DNA of 64,000 nucleotides from the human T2T-CHM13v2.0 reference genome, Homo sapiens: NCBI RefSeq assembly GCF_009914755.1, contig NC_060946.1; one strand, 5' to 3'. Shown piece by piece: positions 34,190 to 51,091 of this stretch (position 1 is its first letter; each line of letters starts with the position of its first letter). The notes under the pieces were generated by a model. It saw only the letters and a program-made list of their open reading frames with translations, ran no database searches and was not told where the DNA came from. The position numbers and the translations under genes were made by a program.

Positions 34190-35045
34190 GTAGGAGGCCT
34201 GTGGGGGCAGATGCTCCAGAAAGGCATGTCCTTCGTTATTCTTTCACTGTGTTATGTCCTCTCTCTTCCAGACCTTTGCTCACGTGGTTCCTACTAAGCC
34301 TGCCAAGCAGGTTGGTGGCCTTCCTCCCCACTGTCTCAGAGACTCCAGGAAAGCAGCTACTAGGCTGCAGAGGGAGAAGCCAGTTACTCTTCTGTTGCCC
34401 TTGCTTGATTGTAAGCATCCTGAGGGCAAGGGCATTCCTGTCACTAGTACCATCTTAAGAAGGTCTACCCAGTGTCTAGTACCATTTGCAGTAGTCCCCG
34501 TGTTCAGCGCTATTTGCAGTATGGTTACTGTGCCCATTTAGCAGCCGAGAAAACAGAGACTCAGGTTATGAGCTAGTTGAGCTGAGAATGAAAACTGAGC
34601 TGGTGCTGGTGCCCGGTGATCACAATGAACAGTTTGGTGTTCTGATGATGTGCCAGAACTGTATCATCCCATTTCCCACACAAGGAGACAGAGGCAGAGA
34701 GAGGTCATGTTTCTTGCCTGAGATCACACAGGTCATAGGTGACAAAGGCAGATTTCAGACCTGGGGCTGGCTGCAGAGTCCATGTCCTGATCCACAACAT
34801 TCTCCAGCCCTCTCCCTGCTGGCATCCAGCAGCGATGCTGAGGGGGGCCCTGGACAGGCTGGTGGTGAGAGGGGAGGGGGGTTGTCAGCCTTATGGGTCA
34901 GAGGCAAGGGGAGTGAGTGAAGGGCTGGGCGGGGACTGAGACCCAGGGTGGGACAGAGCCTCCGTCCTGCCCTTGGAGCTCTGGGCAAGTATCTTTCCTC
35001 ACTTGGTCTCAGCCTGGGCTCCATGAAAGCAAAGGTATTGGGTGA

Positions 35046-35700
<655 letters not shown>

Positions 35701-36063
35701 GAGTCTCACTTTTAATCCCAGCTCTGCCCAAGTGGAACCCGGGAGTCCACTTGGGCTAGTGGACAAGTGTCAGGAAACGCTGCCCAGAGAGGACGTGGGC
35801 AGAGTCAAGAAGGGGGAGTTACAGTCATCTGAATAAAGACGGAGGGGAAAAGGGACAGTGCAAGGCTGGCAAGGTCAGTGGGAGGTGGGTGGATGGGGTG
35901 GCAGGAGCAGGTCCTGCCAGCCTGTGTGTCAGGACGTCTGACCTTGTCCCATGGGCAGTGGGAGTTACTACAAGGTTCTATGCAGGAGAGAGGCTGGTCA
36001 GATTTGTGTCTAATCCCCACAAACCCTGCCCTGTGAGCTTGAACAAGGGGTCTTCCTTTCTAG

Positions 36064-36183
36064 GTGGGAACTCCTCCTCTGCAGGATGAGGCACCCAGCC
36101 TTGGCAGTCCTTAGCTCCCATATAGTTCTGGTGCCGGATTAGGATGCAGAACAAGGCGTGGGCTCAGCAGAGCCACTTTGGGG
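36064..36183 (+). pseudogene. Possible exon (120 nt, frame ambiguous)
   Basis: tcttcctttctag| acceptor, GGG|gtaact donor. Confidence 0.3.
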
Positions 36184-36716
36184 GTAACTTTTGGGCATGG
36201 GAGGGCCCTGGGCCTCAAATTGCTCCCAGTGCAATTGGTCCCACAAGGCAAGATGTTTCCCTATAGATGCTTAGATGGCCTGGACCTCACCTTGACGTGC
36301 CTCCTTTGTTCCCAGCCACACTTTGGCCTCACTGGGCCTGTGTCGATCCTGTAGCCCCACGGCTCTTCTTGGGGAGGGAAGTCTTTGTGGGGTCCTTGTC
36401 GAGTGTGTGGGTCATAGGCCTGGGTGTGTGAAAGGGCTGCAAAGCATGAGGGAAGGGGGAGAAACCGCTGTGCAGGGGGCAAAACCACTGTGTAGAAGGC
36501 AAGGGGGAGAGTCCGGGCATAGCGCCAGGTGGGGAGGCACTGGGGGAGAAGACGGGGGAAAGGAAGCAGGAGCCGAGGGGAGACTGGGGGACTGGTGCGC
36601 TTTTTTTTTTTTTAACTTCATGAAAATATTTGTTTGACTAAAATTACCCTTTTTTTTTTTTGCCCTTTCAGAAACTATGTTAGTAGTTCTGTGGACACAC
36701 TTAATTGAAAATAAGA

Positions 36717-37025
36717 GGCCAGGTGCAGTGGCTCACGCCTGTAATCCCAGCACTTTGGGAGGCCAAGGCGGACGGGTCACCAGAGTTCAGGAGTTCGAGA
36801 CCAGCCTGGCCAACATGGTGAAACCCCGTCTCTACAAAAAATACAAAAATTACCTGTGCGTAGTGGTGCATGTCTATAATCCCAGCTACTCAGGAGGTTC
36901 AGGCAGGAGAATCACTTGAACCCGGGAGGCAGAGGTTGGAGTGAGCCAAGATTGTGCGCCATTGTACTCCAGCCTGGGCAACAAGAGTGAAATTCCGTCT
37001 CAAAAAAAAAAAAAAGAAAAGAAAA
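36717..37025 (+). mobile_element. Alu
   Basis: Full dimer. Confidence 0.95.
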
Positions 37026-37218
37026 GCTGTGTATACAACAAAAGGACGAAGAACACTGGTCAAGATGCACCATTAGCGTAGGGCGGGTAAGTTTAGACTA
37101 GAGAATGGGTCTAAGGAGCTTAACTTGACTATGAAGCATGATTTTGTCAACAGGGTGGAAAGCAACCGTGTATTTGGTTTTCCACTGGATCGCTGCTTCC
37201 GCCTCTGCAAACCACCAG

Positions 37219-37330
37219 GAAATAGGCTCTTCTAAGCCTCCTCAGATTTCAAAATGCACCGACCGTATCACATTATTGTTTCTTCAGAGCAAGAGTTGCT
37301 TCTTTGTCTCCCCTACTGTGCATTCCATAG
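37219..37330 (+). pseudogene. Candidate exon EIGSSKPPQISKCTDRITLLFLQSKSCFFVSPTVHSI (phase 0->1)
   Basis: accag| acceptor, TAG|gtgact donor; open; recurring hydrophobic-FF-x-x-P-x-x-H motif. Confidence 0.45.
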
Positions 37331-37513
37331 GTGACTCAGAAAGACGCATTTTTAGTTTTTGTTGTTATTTGGAGTTTTATTATGGAAATTACCAAACATA
37401 CCCAAAGGTAGCGAGAGCAGGATAATAAACCTCCGTGTGCCCATCATGAGTCCGATGATGATCGACTCAGGGGAGTTGGGTTTCATCTCTTCCCCCCTTC
37501 ATTTCTATCCTAG

Positions 37514-37800
37514 GTATTATGTCGTTTCTCCCATACATCGGAAGGCATTTGAGCACAGAGATGCCTGTCCCCCCATTTTCGTCTCCTTGAAAACTTCACT
37601 TAAGGCTGCTGTGTTCATGAGGCTTTCTGTGGGTGGATGGAGGTCAACCTTGAAGAAGCAGCCGATTTCAGCTGGAGGTTGGTGCTGCCCTGGACATCAG
37701 GCCCCCAGAAGCAGGGGAGACCATGGGAACATGAAATGTTGGGGTGCTTTTGCAATTCCCGGAGCATGGAAGTGGGATTGGGCAGGAGGAGGGGCTACTG
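37514..37800 (+). pseudogene. Candidate exon, frame ambiguous (e.g. QRCLSPHFRLLENFT*GCCVHEAFCGW...DFSWRLVL)
   Basis: Strong acceptor ccttcatttctatcctag|; unique sequence; all three frames partly plausible; end uncertain. Confidence 0.35.
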
Positions 37801-38393
37801 CACTGTGATGCTATTTAGCTGATGACCTTTAGAGTCACAAACCCCTGGACTGTCAGAGCTGGTGGCATCTTAGCTATCTCCAGTCTATCCCCTCACTGGA
37901 CAGAGGAGGAAACTGAGGCCCAGAGAGTGGGGGCATCTTGCTCAAGGCCATGCATCAAATCAGTCAGAACCCAAGGACCTGGCTGTTTCCTGCCTGGTGT
38001 CCAACCAGCGTTTTAGAGCCCCCGCTGCAGTCAATCGCTATCAGGCACCCTGTGTCCTTCCCAGAGCATTGCTGAATACCTGGAAGGAGGCAGAGAACAC
38101 CAGCCCAAGGAAGGAATACACTGGGATCTTGAGGAAGGCAGGAGCTTCCTTGGTGCAGTGTCCCCAGCTGCCTATCTGCCTGGGAGTGGCCTGGGCACCC
38201 AGGACCTCCTCTCCAACTCCAGGCATCCCATGGAGCACTTGGCAGCCCAGCTGAGGGATACTCCAGGAGGATCTTCCCTTGGCAGGTAGATCCATGTCAA
38301 ACGGATCCCTCATCCAAAGCCAGCGCTGGCTTCACGTGCTGTTTTGTCTTCTCTTCCTCTCACACGAACATACGCTGTGTTGTTCTTTCCTGA

Positions 38394-39059
<666 letters not shown>

Positions 39060-39341
39060 GTGAGGCTGAGGAGAAGCCCAGGTGGGGAGTCTAGAGCCCT
39101 GGCCACCAGTTGGGTTCTGCTGTGTGACTCTGGACAAATCTCACCCCCTCTCTGAGCCTCCATCTCCCCATTTGTAACAGGAGGGACCCGGATTAGATGG
39201 CTGGGAGTGGTCCTTGCGGCCCTGATGTTGTCGGAGTCTGAGGATTGATCTTTTATACAACTTGGAGGGCTCTGGAGGGAGGGTCTTGCTGAGCTGCTCT
39301 GATAGTGGGGATCATGCAGACCCCCGGCTTTCCCACTCTAG

Positions 39342-40130
<789 letters not shown>

Positions 40131-40382
40131 TAGTGTGAGTCTCTGTTTATGGTGATGGGTGGCAGCGCAATGCCTTGAAAATGTTTCCTCCAAGGTAGCA
40201 AAGAAAAGTCCCTGTGACCATCCAAAGCCTTGGTGAGCTCAGCGGCTGAGCACTGGTCTGGAAGTTAGGAGACGTGGGTTCCAGCTTTGGATCTGCTACA
40301 GGCTCACTTGGCAGCCTTGGGCGAGCCACTACCTTTCCTTGACTTGAGGAGCCTCAATGGCAAATAGCAACACAGCCAACTC

Positions 40383-40687
40383 TTTTTTTTTTTTTTTCCT
40401 AGAGAAAAAAAAGCTGTATGCTTTATTAAGCAGAGTGACAGTATAAAGCTTCCACAGCGTGGAAGGAGTCCCAAGCGGGTAGCCAGTGTTAGATTTTTTG
40501 ATCACCTTTTAAACTCTTTAAGGCGGGAAATATGTGCGGCGGGAAGATGTTACCAGAGCGAGAAACAAAGACAATTAACATGTCTCAGATCTTGAAGAAA
40601 ACCGGAATTGTAACTTAAGTTTTATCTGCGTATAACCTTGCAGCGGCATGGCAAAGGAGACAGGATCTCACAGAATTTTACAAATTG
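40383..40687 (-). mobile_element. Polyadenylated ERV1-type LTR fragment (LTR12/LTR30-related) with long TSD
   Basis: aaagcttccacagcgtggaagg..cccaagcgggt.gcc motif; poly(T); tttatt; TSD gcaacacagYcaactctttt. Confidence 0.75.
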
Positions 40688-40906
40688 GCAACACAGTCAA
40701 CTCTTTTAGAGCATTTGCTATGTGCCAGGCCCTGTCCTAAGCACATCACAGGTCAGGGTTATCCAACCCTGGAAGGTTATCTCCATTTTACAGATGTGGA
40801 AACTGAGGCCCGTGCCTAAGATGCCGTATCTAGTGAGTGGGGGGACTGAGATTCCAGTCCAGGCAGTTTGGCTTGGAGTTTGAGCTCTTCACCACACGCT
40901 GCCCAG

Positions 40907-41393
40907 CGATCCTGCCGGAGGGTCTTGACCACAGAGTGGGGGTGTGGGGGCTGTGATTCAGATTCTCCGAGGTGCTGATGCAGCTCTGTGGCGCCTACTG
41001 CCCCCGCCCCCCGACTGAGAACTGTGGCTGTGCTCAGCCACCGTGACTGGCTGGGGTATGGCTCGGATCCCTTGGGTGTTGGCCAGGCCCCAGTTGATCT
41101 CCAAGGGCTCTCGGTGTTCCAGGAAGCTATGGCTTGGTGTCTGAAACACAGTCTGGAGTAATAAATGTCGGGAGGAAGGATGTGACTAGGCTGCACAGGG
41201 AAGAGACCAAGACACTTTGAGCCAAATCTCTCTTTCTCTTGGGACCCCAAGAGCTGATTCACCTGGAACATCCTGGAGCCATGACACAAGCCATGCTCTG
41301 ATGGCAGAGGCTGCCAGCTGCCACCCAGGACAGAGAGCTTATGGGAGGTGGTGGAGTTCCTGCTCCCCGCAAAGCCTGAGGGCTGGTAGAGAT
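40907..41393 (+). pseudogene. Candidate exon ILPEGLDHRVGVWGL*FRFSEVLMQLCGAYCPRPPTENCGCAQP ... FQEAMAWCL (frameshifted)
   Basis: Cys pattern parallels exon 19738; boundaries uncertain. Confidence 0.45.
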
Positions 41394-41470
41394 GTGAGGG
41401 TGTTTCAACGTTGCTTTCCAAGATAAGGAATGAGTTCTTTTTCTGTCCTTCTTCTTCTGTCCCTGGACAG

Positions 41471-41871
41471 CCTGACTGCGTCAAAGAAGGAGGTGGGGGA
41501 GCCAGGGGGCAGCTGGGGTAGGAAGAAGTCCAGCTTGGTGACATTAATGGGAGGACAGAATTGCCTGGCTCTTCTGTTTTTGGACACGGGCACAGTTATG
41601 AAACTTTGAGCAACCCCAGGCCTGGGGCTGGTTCCTGGTGGCCCTGGCCCACCCCTGCCTGCTGTGTGAGGCCTGTGAGGTGCATGAGGCCACTGTCCAT
41701 AAATGGAATTGTCAGTTTATTACCCTCGGTACCCAGCCCAGTGCCTGGAAGTTCTTCCCGGATGTCGACTGCCGTGGGGAGAAGAGGGGCCCACTGGCCA
41801 CAGTGAGGGTGCTGAGCTGGAGACGAGTTACACCCGATCTCATCCTGGGAGGAGACTGTGGTCTGGAGGGG
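41471..41871 (+). pseudogene. Candidate exon ...GWFLVALAHPCLLCEACEVHEATVHKWNCQFITLGTQPSAWKFFPDVDCRG...VLSWRRV...
   Basis: Very long pyrimidine tract + acag| at 41470, GGG|gtgaga donor; WKFFPD and HPCLL motifs. Confidence 0.55.
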
Positions 41872-42387
41872 GTGAGAGCAAAAATGCAGAGGCTTAAAAC
41901 AGAGGTGAGGGCAGAGGGAGGCAGGAGAGACCGGGAAGGATTCAGGAAGCCTGTTTCCCACGTGGGAGGCGGAGGGATTTTCTTAAAACAGAAATCAGAC
42001 CGTGCCACTTCCTGGTGGCGTTGCCCTAAAATAGATTCCATACTCTGTCCTGCTGTGCCATCTGGCTCTGCTTTCTCTCCACCTCCTCTAATGTTATCGT
42101 CTCCTCCCTGCTGTCCACTGTCCCGCCACACGGGTTTCTTCCAGTTCCTCGAACACACTAAGCCATGTCCACCCTTGGGGCTTGGCCCAACTCATTCCTA
42201 CTTCCTGGACATCGCCCCGCCCTGCACTTTGCACTCATTCAGGTGCCTGCTTAAATGTTACCTCCTCAGAGAGGGCTTCCTACCGTATTTTGTCTCTCTC
42301 CCACTAGATTATCACCTAAAACCGAGCAGGGGCCATATAGGTCTTCTATAAATATCTCTTGTTAGTCAGCAAACATTTATTGAATGA

Positions 42388-42826
<439 letters not shown>

Positions 42827-43009
42827 TAATCAATTTATTTATTGTTTTTGTCTCTCTCCCACTAGACTGTCACCTAAAACCGAGCAGAGGCCATATGCGT
42901 GCTCTATAAATATTTGTTGTTAGTCAGCAAACATTTATTGAATGACTGTATGAAGGAGATAATGGTTTTACCTGGCTTTGGAAGGCTGAGTAGGAACAGG
43001 GAAAGCAAA

Positions 43010-43669
<660 letters not shown>

Positions 43670-44284
43670 TCACCTGGAAACATACTGCCACTCCTCACAC
43701 CCTCCAGAGATTCTGCTTTATGTGATTATCACTCTGAACTGGCTCACTCAAGACCAATGAGTGAAAAGGGCTAGAGTAGAAAAGAGTAGAAAAGGGCTGC
43801 CATGATCACCTCAGGCTAATTGAGATGCGCCTCCTACGTTGTGTGCAATTCAACCCAGGAAGGCGATTAGTGGGGAAGAGGGCAGACAATGCCGAGCGTG
43901 CCCCACTGTCTCTTGGGGGCCTCCCACTCTCCTGTGGGGTAGGCAGGGCTACTTTTCTTAGTGTCTGTGGCTTCGCCTCTGCTCCCCCCACCCCCAGTCA
44001 TTTGAGAATGCAAGGCTCAGAGAAACTAAGAAATGTGCTCAAGGTCACACAGAAAACTAGAAGGGAATAGAACTTAGCCCCTCATCAATCACTACCCTCA
44101 CCCCAGAACTTGGGGTGCCCCTGGGCATGCTGTCTTGTCCCCACCCCCGTCCCTTCTCACCCTTCCATGCTGTTGCTTATTTAACCCACGTCTTTCCCAA
44201 GAGACTGTAAGCTCCCTAAGCACAGGGACTTTGGATCTGCCCATGGTCTTTCCCCAGTACCTAGAACAGAGCCTGGTTCTGAGC

Positions 44285-44690
44285 AAGGAAGGAAGGAAGG
44301 AAGGAAGGAAGGGGAGGAAAGAAGGGAGGGAGGGACGGAGGGAGAAAGGAAGGAAGGAAGGGAGGGAGGGATGGAGGGAGGGGAGGGGAGGGACAGAGGG
44401 AGGAAGGACGGGAGGAAGAAGGAAAAAGGAAGGAGGGAAGAAAGAGGGAGGAAGGAAGGGAGGAAGGGAGGGAGAGAGGAAGAAAGGAAGGAAAGAAGGA
44501 AGGAAGGGAGGGAGGGAGGGAGGGGAGGGGAAGAAGAGAGGAAGGAAGGGAGGGAGGAAGAAAGAAAAAGGAAGGAACAAAGGGAGGAAGGAAGGGAGGA
44601 AGGGAGGGAGAGAGGAAGGAAGGAAGGGAGGAAAGGAGGGAGGGAGGGAGAGAGGGAGGAAGGGAGGAAAGGAGGGAGGGAGGAAGGGAG
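44285..44690. repeat. (GGAA/GGGA)n polypurine tract
   Basis: About 405 nt almost purely purine. Confidence 0.97.
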
Positions 44691-44739
44691 GATTCTTAAG
44701 TGTATGTAATTGAGGTCTTCTGTACCCATGCCCTGTCAG

Positions 44740-45066
44740 CAAGCACTTGGGCGGAGTCCTGCAGCCCTTAGCTGGTGCAGGTGGGTAGCACTGCTGATAC
44801 GTTTTACTGAGGTGCTGCCTTGAGGAAGGGAGTGAGTGAATATGGGGAGCACAGCCAATCCCCACGATGGGTACAGAGGAATTGGCTGTCTTGTGAGGCA
44901 GTAAACTCTGCTTTCAGAGGTGATAGGCATCTCTTGGGAGTGTTCTAGAGGTGATGCTTGCCATGAGAAGTTAGAATTGAAGACCACTGGAAGACTGATT
45001 TTGCGATATATTGGCTTAAGAGTCTGCAAAAACAGCATTTGCAGAATTCTCACAACTGCCTTATTT
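44740..45066 (+). pseudogene. Candidate exon QALGRSPAALSWCRWVALLIRFTEVL...GISWECSRG...TGRLILRYIGLRVCKNSIC
   Basis: ccctgtcag| acceptor, phase 0; one frame of about 108 codons with 3 stops; donor not identified. Confidence 0.45.
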
Positions 45067-45184
45067 TGATTTTACAGTAGGGGGAAGTGAAACACAGAGA
45101 AGGTAAGTAATTTGCCCAAGGTCACACAGCTCATCTGTGGCAAAGACAGGATTGAATCCAGGCATGGAAGTACCCTGCTCACCT

Positions 45185-45490
45185 TTATTTTTTATTTTTT
45201 TATTTTTTTTGAGATGGAGTCTCGCTCTTGTCACCCAGGCTGGAGTGCAATGGTGTGATCTCAGCTCACTGCAATGTCCACCTCCTGGGTTCAAGCAATT
45301 CTGCCTCAGCCTCCTGAGTAGCTGAGACTACAGGTGCCCGCCACCATGCCTGACTAATTTTTACATTTTTAGTAGAGACGGGGTTTTGCCATGTTGGCCA
45401 GGCTGGTCTCGAACTCCTGACCTCAAGTGATCTGCCCACCTTGGCCTCCCAAAGTTCTGGGATTTACAGGCATGAGCCACCGTGCCTGGC
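45185..45490 (-). mobile_element. Alu
   Basis: Reverse Alu. Confidence 0.95.
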
Positions 45491-45803
45491 CCCACTCACC
45501 TTTCTTAGCCCTTAGACCACACCGCCTCTTCACATCCCTTAGAGATCCAAGGCTCTGTGATTTGAAGAATAGTGACTTGTAGCACTGTCAGAATGTATTT
45601 CTGTAAGAATCTATGACTCAGAGCCGATTCTGGCCTTCTAAGACACTCGGATTCTCTGCGATTCTGACAGCCCATGATGCTACCCTGAGTTTTGGAGTGC
45701 CAGCAAGGTCCTTCTTCTGATCTGCCTTTAGACTTGCTTTAATTATAATTTATCTGCTTCTTTGGAGGTCTTTGTTCCCTTGGCCCTGTCCCTCTGCCTG
45801 CAG

Positions 45804-45967
45804 GCCCGGCCGCCCATCCTGGAACTGGCTGCTGGCAGTCGATCAAGTTTCATAACAATGTTATGGTGGGGATGTCAGCATCATGGAGGTTCCAACCAGA
45901 CTCCAACTAGCGCTTCCCCACGGGGAGCGGGCCCGGCAGTGACTGATGTGGGGTTGCTGCTCTATGG
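45804..45967 (+). pseudogene. Candidate exon ...GCWQSIKFHNNVMVGMSASWRFQPDSN* / ...VTDVGLLLYG
   Basis: ccctctgcctgcag| acceptor, TGG|gtaaca donor; WRFQPD motif; frame ambiguous. Confidence 0.55.
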
Positions 45968-46475
45968 GTAACAAAATGGATGGGAGGAGAGAGAGGCCCA
46001 GAGTAAACAGGGAGGGCTGGGAGATGGCAGGAGCGGCCAGCATGCTGCGGTCTCATTCCTTACCTTCATCTCCCTGGGCCCAACGGGAGGCCTGGAGCCA
46101 TGAAGCAACTGTGAGTTCCCAGTGAGAAGCCACTCCCAAGCCTCCCAGGCAGCAGAAGGAAGAGAATAGATGCTAATTGGGAATCTTCTACATGCCAGCA
46201 CAGGGCTAGGTCCTTCACAGGCATTGATCCTCTTAATTCACCCTCCCATTTCAAGGGCAGCTGTGTACCACTGCCATACCCAAAACAGCCTGGGCTGGCA
46301 TAGGAGGGCAGTTCCTCCCATCTGCCTTCCAAAGGCATCAGCCTCTGGTTCCTGCATCCTCCACCTCTCCTCTTTCATGGGATCGTTCCCATGAGTGCAC
46401 AGAGGAGATCCGACCTCCCCCAACTGGAGAGAGACACACAAAGAGACAGAGAGGCAGAGATGGACAGAGAGATAG

Positions 46476-47340
<865 letters not shown>

Positions 47341-47809
47341 CCTACTTTCCCAGTGAAGCCACGTGTGTGCCAACCAGAGCCTCTAAACTTGGCAGGAATA
47401 TGCCTGTCATCCTCAAGTCTCCTCCAGGAGACTCTTTTTCAAGCCTCTATCAAGACTATTGAGACTAATAGTAAAAAGGTAATTAAACTCATCCACAAAC
47501 TCCCAGGGACCTGATGATATTATTCTTCTCCATTAATAAAGGCTTGAAGTGAAACCAGTATCCTGTGGGAGTCCACAAAATCCCTTAAAATTATAAAACA
47601 TTCTAAAACTGAAAACTAGGGGAAGTACTTAACTACACCACTCATAGATTCATTCATTCATTCAGTAACTGTTGGGTTCCTGCCATGTGCCAAGATAGGG
47701 GTCAGGGATAAGTTGGTGAACACAACTGGCCCAGTGCCTGCCCCTATGGGGCTTCCCCAGGCAGGAGACAGACAGTAACAATCCAAATGGACATATATAA
47801 AGCTCCCAC

Positions 47810-48141
<332 letters not shown>

Positions 48142-48643
48142 CTAGGTGCTTTATGGTATAAGCCCATTTAACTCTCACAGCGGTGCCTCGAGTGGGTACA
48201 TCTATTGACCCATTTTACAGATAAGGAAACTGCAGCATGGAGAGAGGATATAATGGGGCTGGGGCCGCACAGCTCCTGCCAGGCAAAACCTCTGTAATCC
48301 AGGCCGTCTGACTGCAAAGGCCATGCTCTTGGCTGCGATTCTGTCAAGATGCCAACAATGAGATAAATAAAATGTGTAATTGCAAACTGTGATAAGTGCT
48401 ATGGAAAAAATCTTGGGGTGCTGGAGGAGCAGAGAGGAGGTTCAACCTAGTCCAAAAAGCTAGGGAGGACATCTCTGAGGAAGTGATATTTCAGTGAAGA
48501 CTCAGGATGAGTAGACATAGCCCAGGCAAAGAGTTGAAACAAGGGCATCCCAGGAAAAAGAAAGGGCCTGTGCAAAGGCCCTGAGGCAGGAAAGTTCAGC
48601 ACAGAGAGGTCCCTCATAGCAGTCTAGCAAAAATAAAGTGAGG

Positions 48644-48933
<290 letters not shown>

Positions 48934-49121
48934 AGGAATATGTGCATGGTGGAAAGTAAAGGACACTGGGCGAGGGCGGAAGGGTTGATGCCTGGGGGAC
49001 ACAGGCAGCTGCTGGCGGGATGGGATTTAGGGGGCTCCTAGAGCCTCTGCCGGCCTAATCATCTCTTCTTCACATTGTGTCATATGTCCTGAGAGTTCCC
49101 CATTACTGCTCTGTCCTCAAG

Positions 49122-49225
49122 GCTGTGAAAAGCAATTCGCGATGTCCAGTCTCCTGAGGAAAGTCCCACACCTGTGGGAGGTATAAAGCCTGGCTTCCTC
49201 CATGGAAGCTTCTTCTTCATCACAA
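49122..49225 (+). pseudogene. Candidate exon L*KAIRDVQSPEESPTPVGGIKPGFLHGSFFFIT (phase 2->1)
   Basis: ctctgtcctcaag| acceptor, CAA|gtgagc donor. Confidence 0.5.
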
Positions 49226-49959
49226 GTGAGCCCCAGCTCTGCTCAGCCACTCTGCCCAGCACTGCGGCTCCAGGAGGAGGACCGAGTTGGATTCTTGCTC
49301 TCCAGGGGCCCACTGTGAGGGAGAAGCAGACAAGCCAGTGACTGCTGCACAGTGGGCCTGGACTGTGGTGCAGAGATGGCTGAGACCTAGTGGTGTTTCC
49401 AAACTGGGAGTGACCAGCCCCATAGAGAAACGTGGTGGGCGGGGAAAGCTTCCCAGCAGAGGTGATATTTGAACAGGAGCCCAGGGCTCACCAGGTGCAG
49501 AGTGGGGAAAGGCACTCCAGGAAGAAGGAGAGAGGAAAGAGAGGTGGGTGAGGATGACCTGAATCCTTCAGAGACCTGACTCAGCCTCAGGCAGAGATCT
49601 GGGAGGTGGGCTTCTCCCACTTCACAGGAGTAGGCTAGGATCATCATTTCCATTTAACAGATGGGGAAACTGAGCCTCAGAGAGAGGTTAGCTAATTTTC
49701 CCAAGGGCGCCTGAGTGGCAGAGCTGGGATTCAAACTCAGACTCTCTGACTCCAGAGGTAGAACTCAGATCCTCCAAGCTATGTTGCATCCCAAGTCATT
49801 GCCAGTACCCCTGAGAGCTGGACAGGCTTTGACAGGCAGGGAATGAGCACTGACTGCACTGGGGAATGGAAATCTTCTGGTCCCAACACAGCCAATGGCT
49901 CTGCAGGGCTCACGTCCCTCTTAAGGGCTCATGTCCATCTGTCTGTCATCTGGAAACAG

Positions 49960-50061
49960 ACTCCTGCCCCTTCTCCCCCACGGGCTGCTGTGAGGCACTG
50001 AGGAGTGTCACAGGCAACATCTCCTTTGGGCTGGAACCCCTGGCAGTACCTGGGAGGGCAG
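49960..50061 (+). pseudogene. Candidate exon SCPFSPTGCCEALRSVTGNISFGLEPLAVPGRA (phase 1->1)
   Basis: aaacag| acceptor, CAG|gtgatg donor; open; phase fits exon 49122. Confidence 0.45.
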
Positions 50062-50176
50062 GTGATGCCAGACAAGGCCAGCTGGAGGAGCCTGGAAGGA
50101 GGTGGGGCGGGGCTCTGAGAAGCATCGACTGCGGCTGCCCTCCCTCCCTGCCTCCATCTCCACCCTCCACCACCAG

Positions 50177-50270
50177 GCCGGTGTAATCAGGGCTATCCAT
50201 CACCCTCCCTAAGGGCCAGGTGCCTGCTGGCAGCAGTACCACTGCCAGCTCATCCATATTTCATCAGCCT
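50177..50270 (+). pseudogene. Possible exon RCNQGYPSPSLRARCLLAAVPLPAHPYFISL
   Basis: Pyrimidine tract + ccag| in phase 1; CCT|gtgaga donor; LLAAVP echoes exon 11696. Confidence 0.35.
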
Positions 50271-50981
50271 GTGAGAAAGAAGCGAGAGAGCAGAGGAGGA
50301 AAGATGGAGCCTAGGGGAACGGGCCCATCAACAACAGTGGCTGCCCCCCAGCCAGCCCCTCAACACAGGCTCTGTCAGCTGGCCCAGGCCACAGCCAGGC
50401 ACCCTACTGGGAGGCTCTAGGATGTGGGTCAGGCAGATGAGGTGCTGTGGAAATAGTGATAATGGGGACAAGGACCTGCCATTCTTCTGGAGCCCTTGCT
50501 TGGTGCCAGGTGCTGTGAAGGCACTTCATGTACATTGCATTATCCAATCTTCTCAACTACCCTATGAGTAAGGCTCTGCCACGCCTCGCACTTTATGGGT
50601 GGAGAAACTGAGGCCCAGGTGATAAGTAGCCCACCTGAGGCTCTGCTCAGATGTGGCCAAGGCAAGATTCAGCTCAGGCACTCGGGTTCTGGCATCCTCA
50701 CTCCAGCCCCAACCCCTGTGTTTCCCTGTGTGTGTTCAGAACCATGGACTTGCATTCCACTTCAGCTTGGGCTATGTCATCCCCCTCTGAGCCTCAGTTT
50801 CCTCCTCTGTACAATAGCTGCTTCCCAGGGTGACAGTGAGCCTTGAGTAAATGACTGCTACTGAGAGCCAGCCCGAAAAATATCCTTCCAGCCTTGGCTC
50901 AGACATCGCTGTCTCGGCAAGGCCTGGTTAAGGTTGCAGCAGCCCTGCTCCCCCCGCCGTCTGCTCTGTCCTGTCTTTCAG

Positions 50982-51091
50982 GTCGCGTATCACCTCTTCT
51001 CCATTGCCATTTATCACCCATCTCTGCTGCAGGGAGGCCAGGGTCCTGCCGATTTTTTCTGAGCAGTCTGGGAGCCTGGAGCAGCCCCAGG
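50982..51091 (+). pseudogene. Candidate exon VAYHLFSIAIYHPSLLQGGQGPADFF*AVWEPGAAP
   Basis: Near-consensus acceptor ctgtcctgtctttcag| and donor AGG|gtgagt; single TGA at 51060; similar to WFLVALAHPCLL. Confidence 0.6.

Noticed and set aside
34272-34310. Possible micro-exon PLLTWFLLSLPS, phase-compatible with 34067-34189
   Set aside because: Also resembles an L2 motif and lies next to an L2 tail; cannot be distinguished.
40816-41544. 242-aa minus-strand ORF (also 33611-33880, 38666-39163, 44736-45053)
   Set aside because: No recognisable product or minus-strand splice chain; better explained as antisense of + strand candidate exons.
44098-44865. 255/192-aa low-complexity ORFs
   Set aside because: Polypurine tract.
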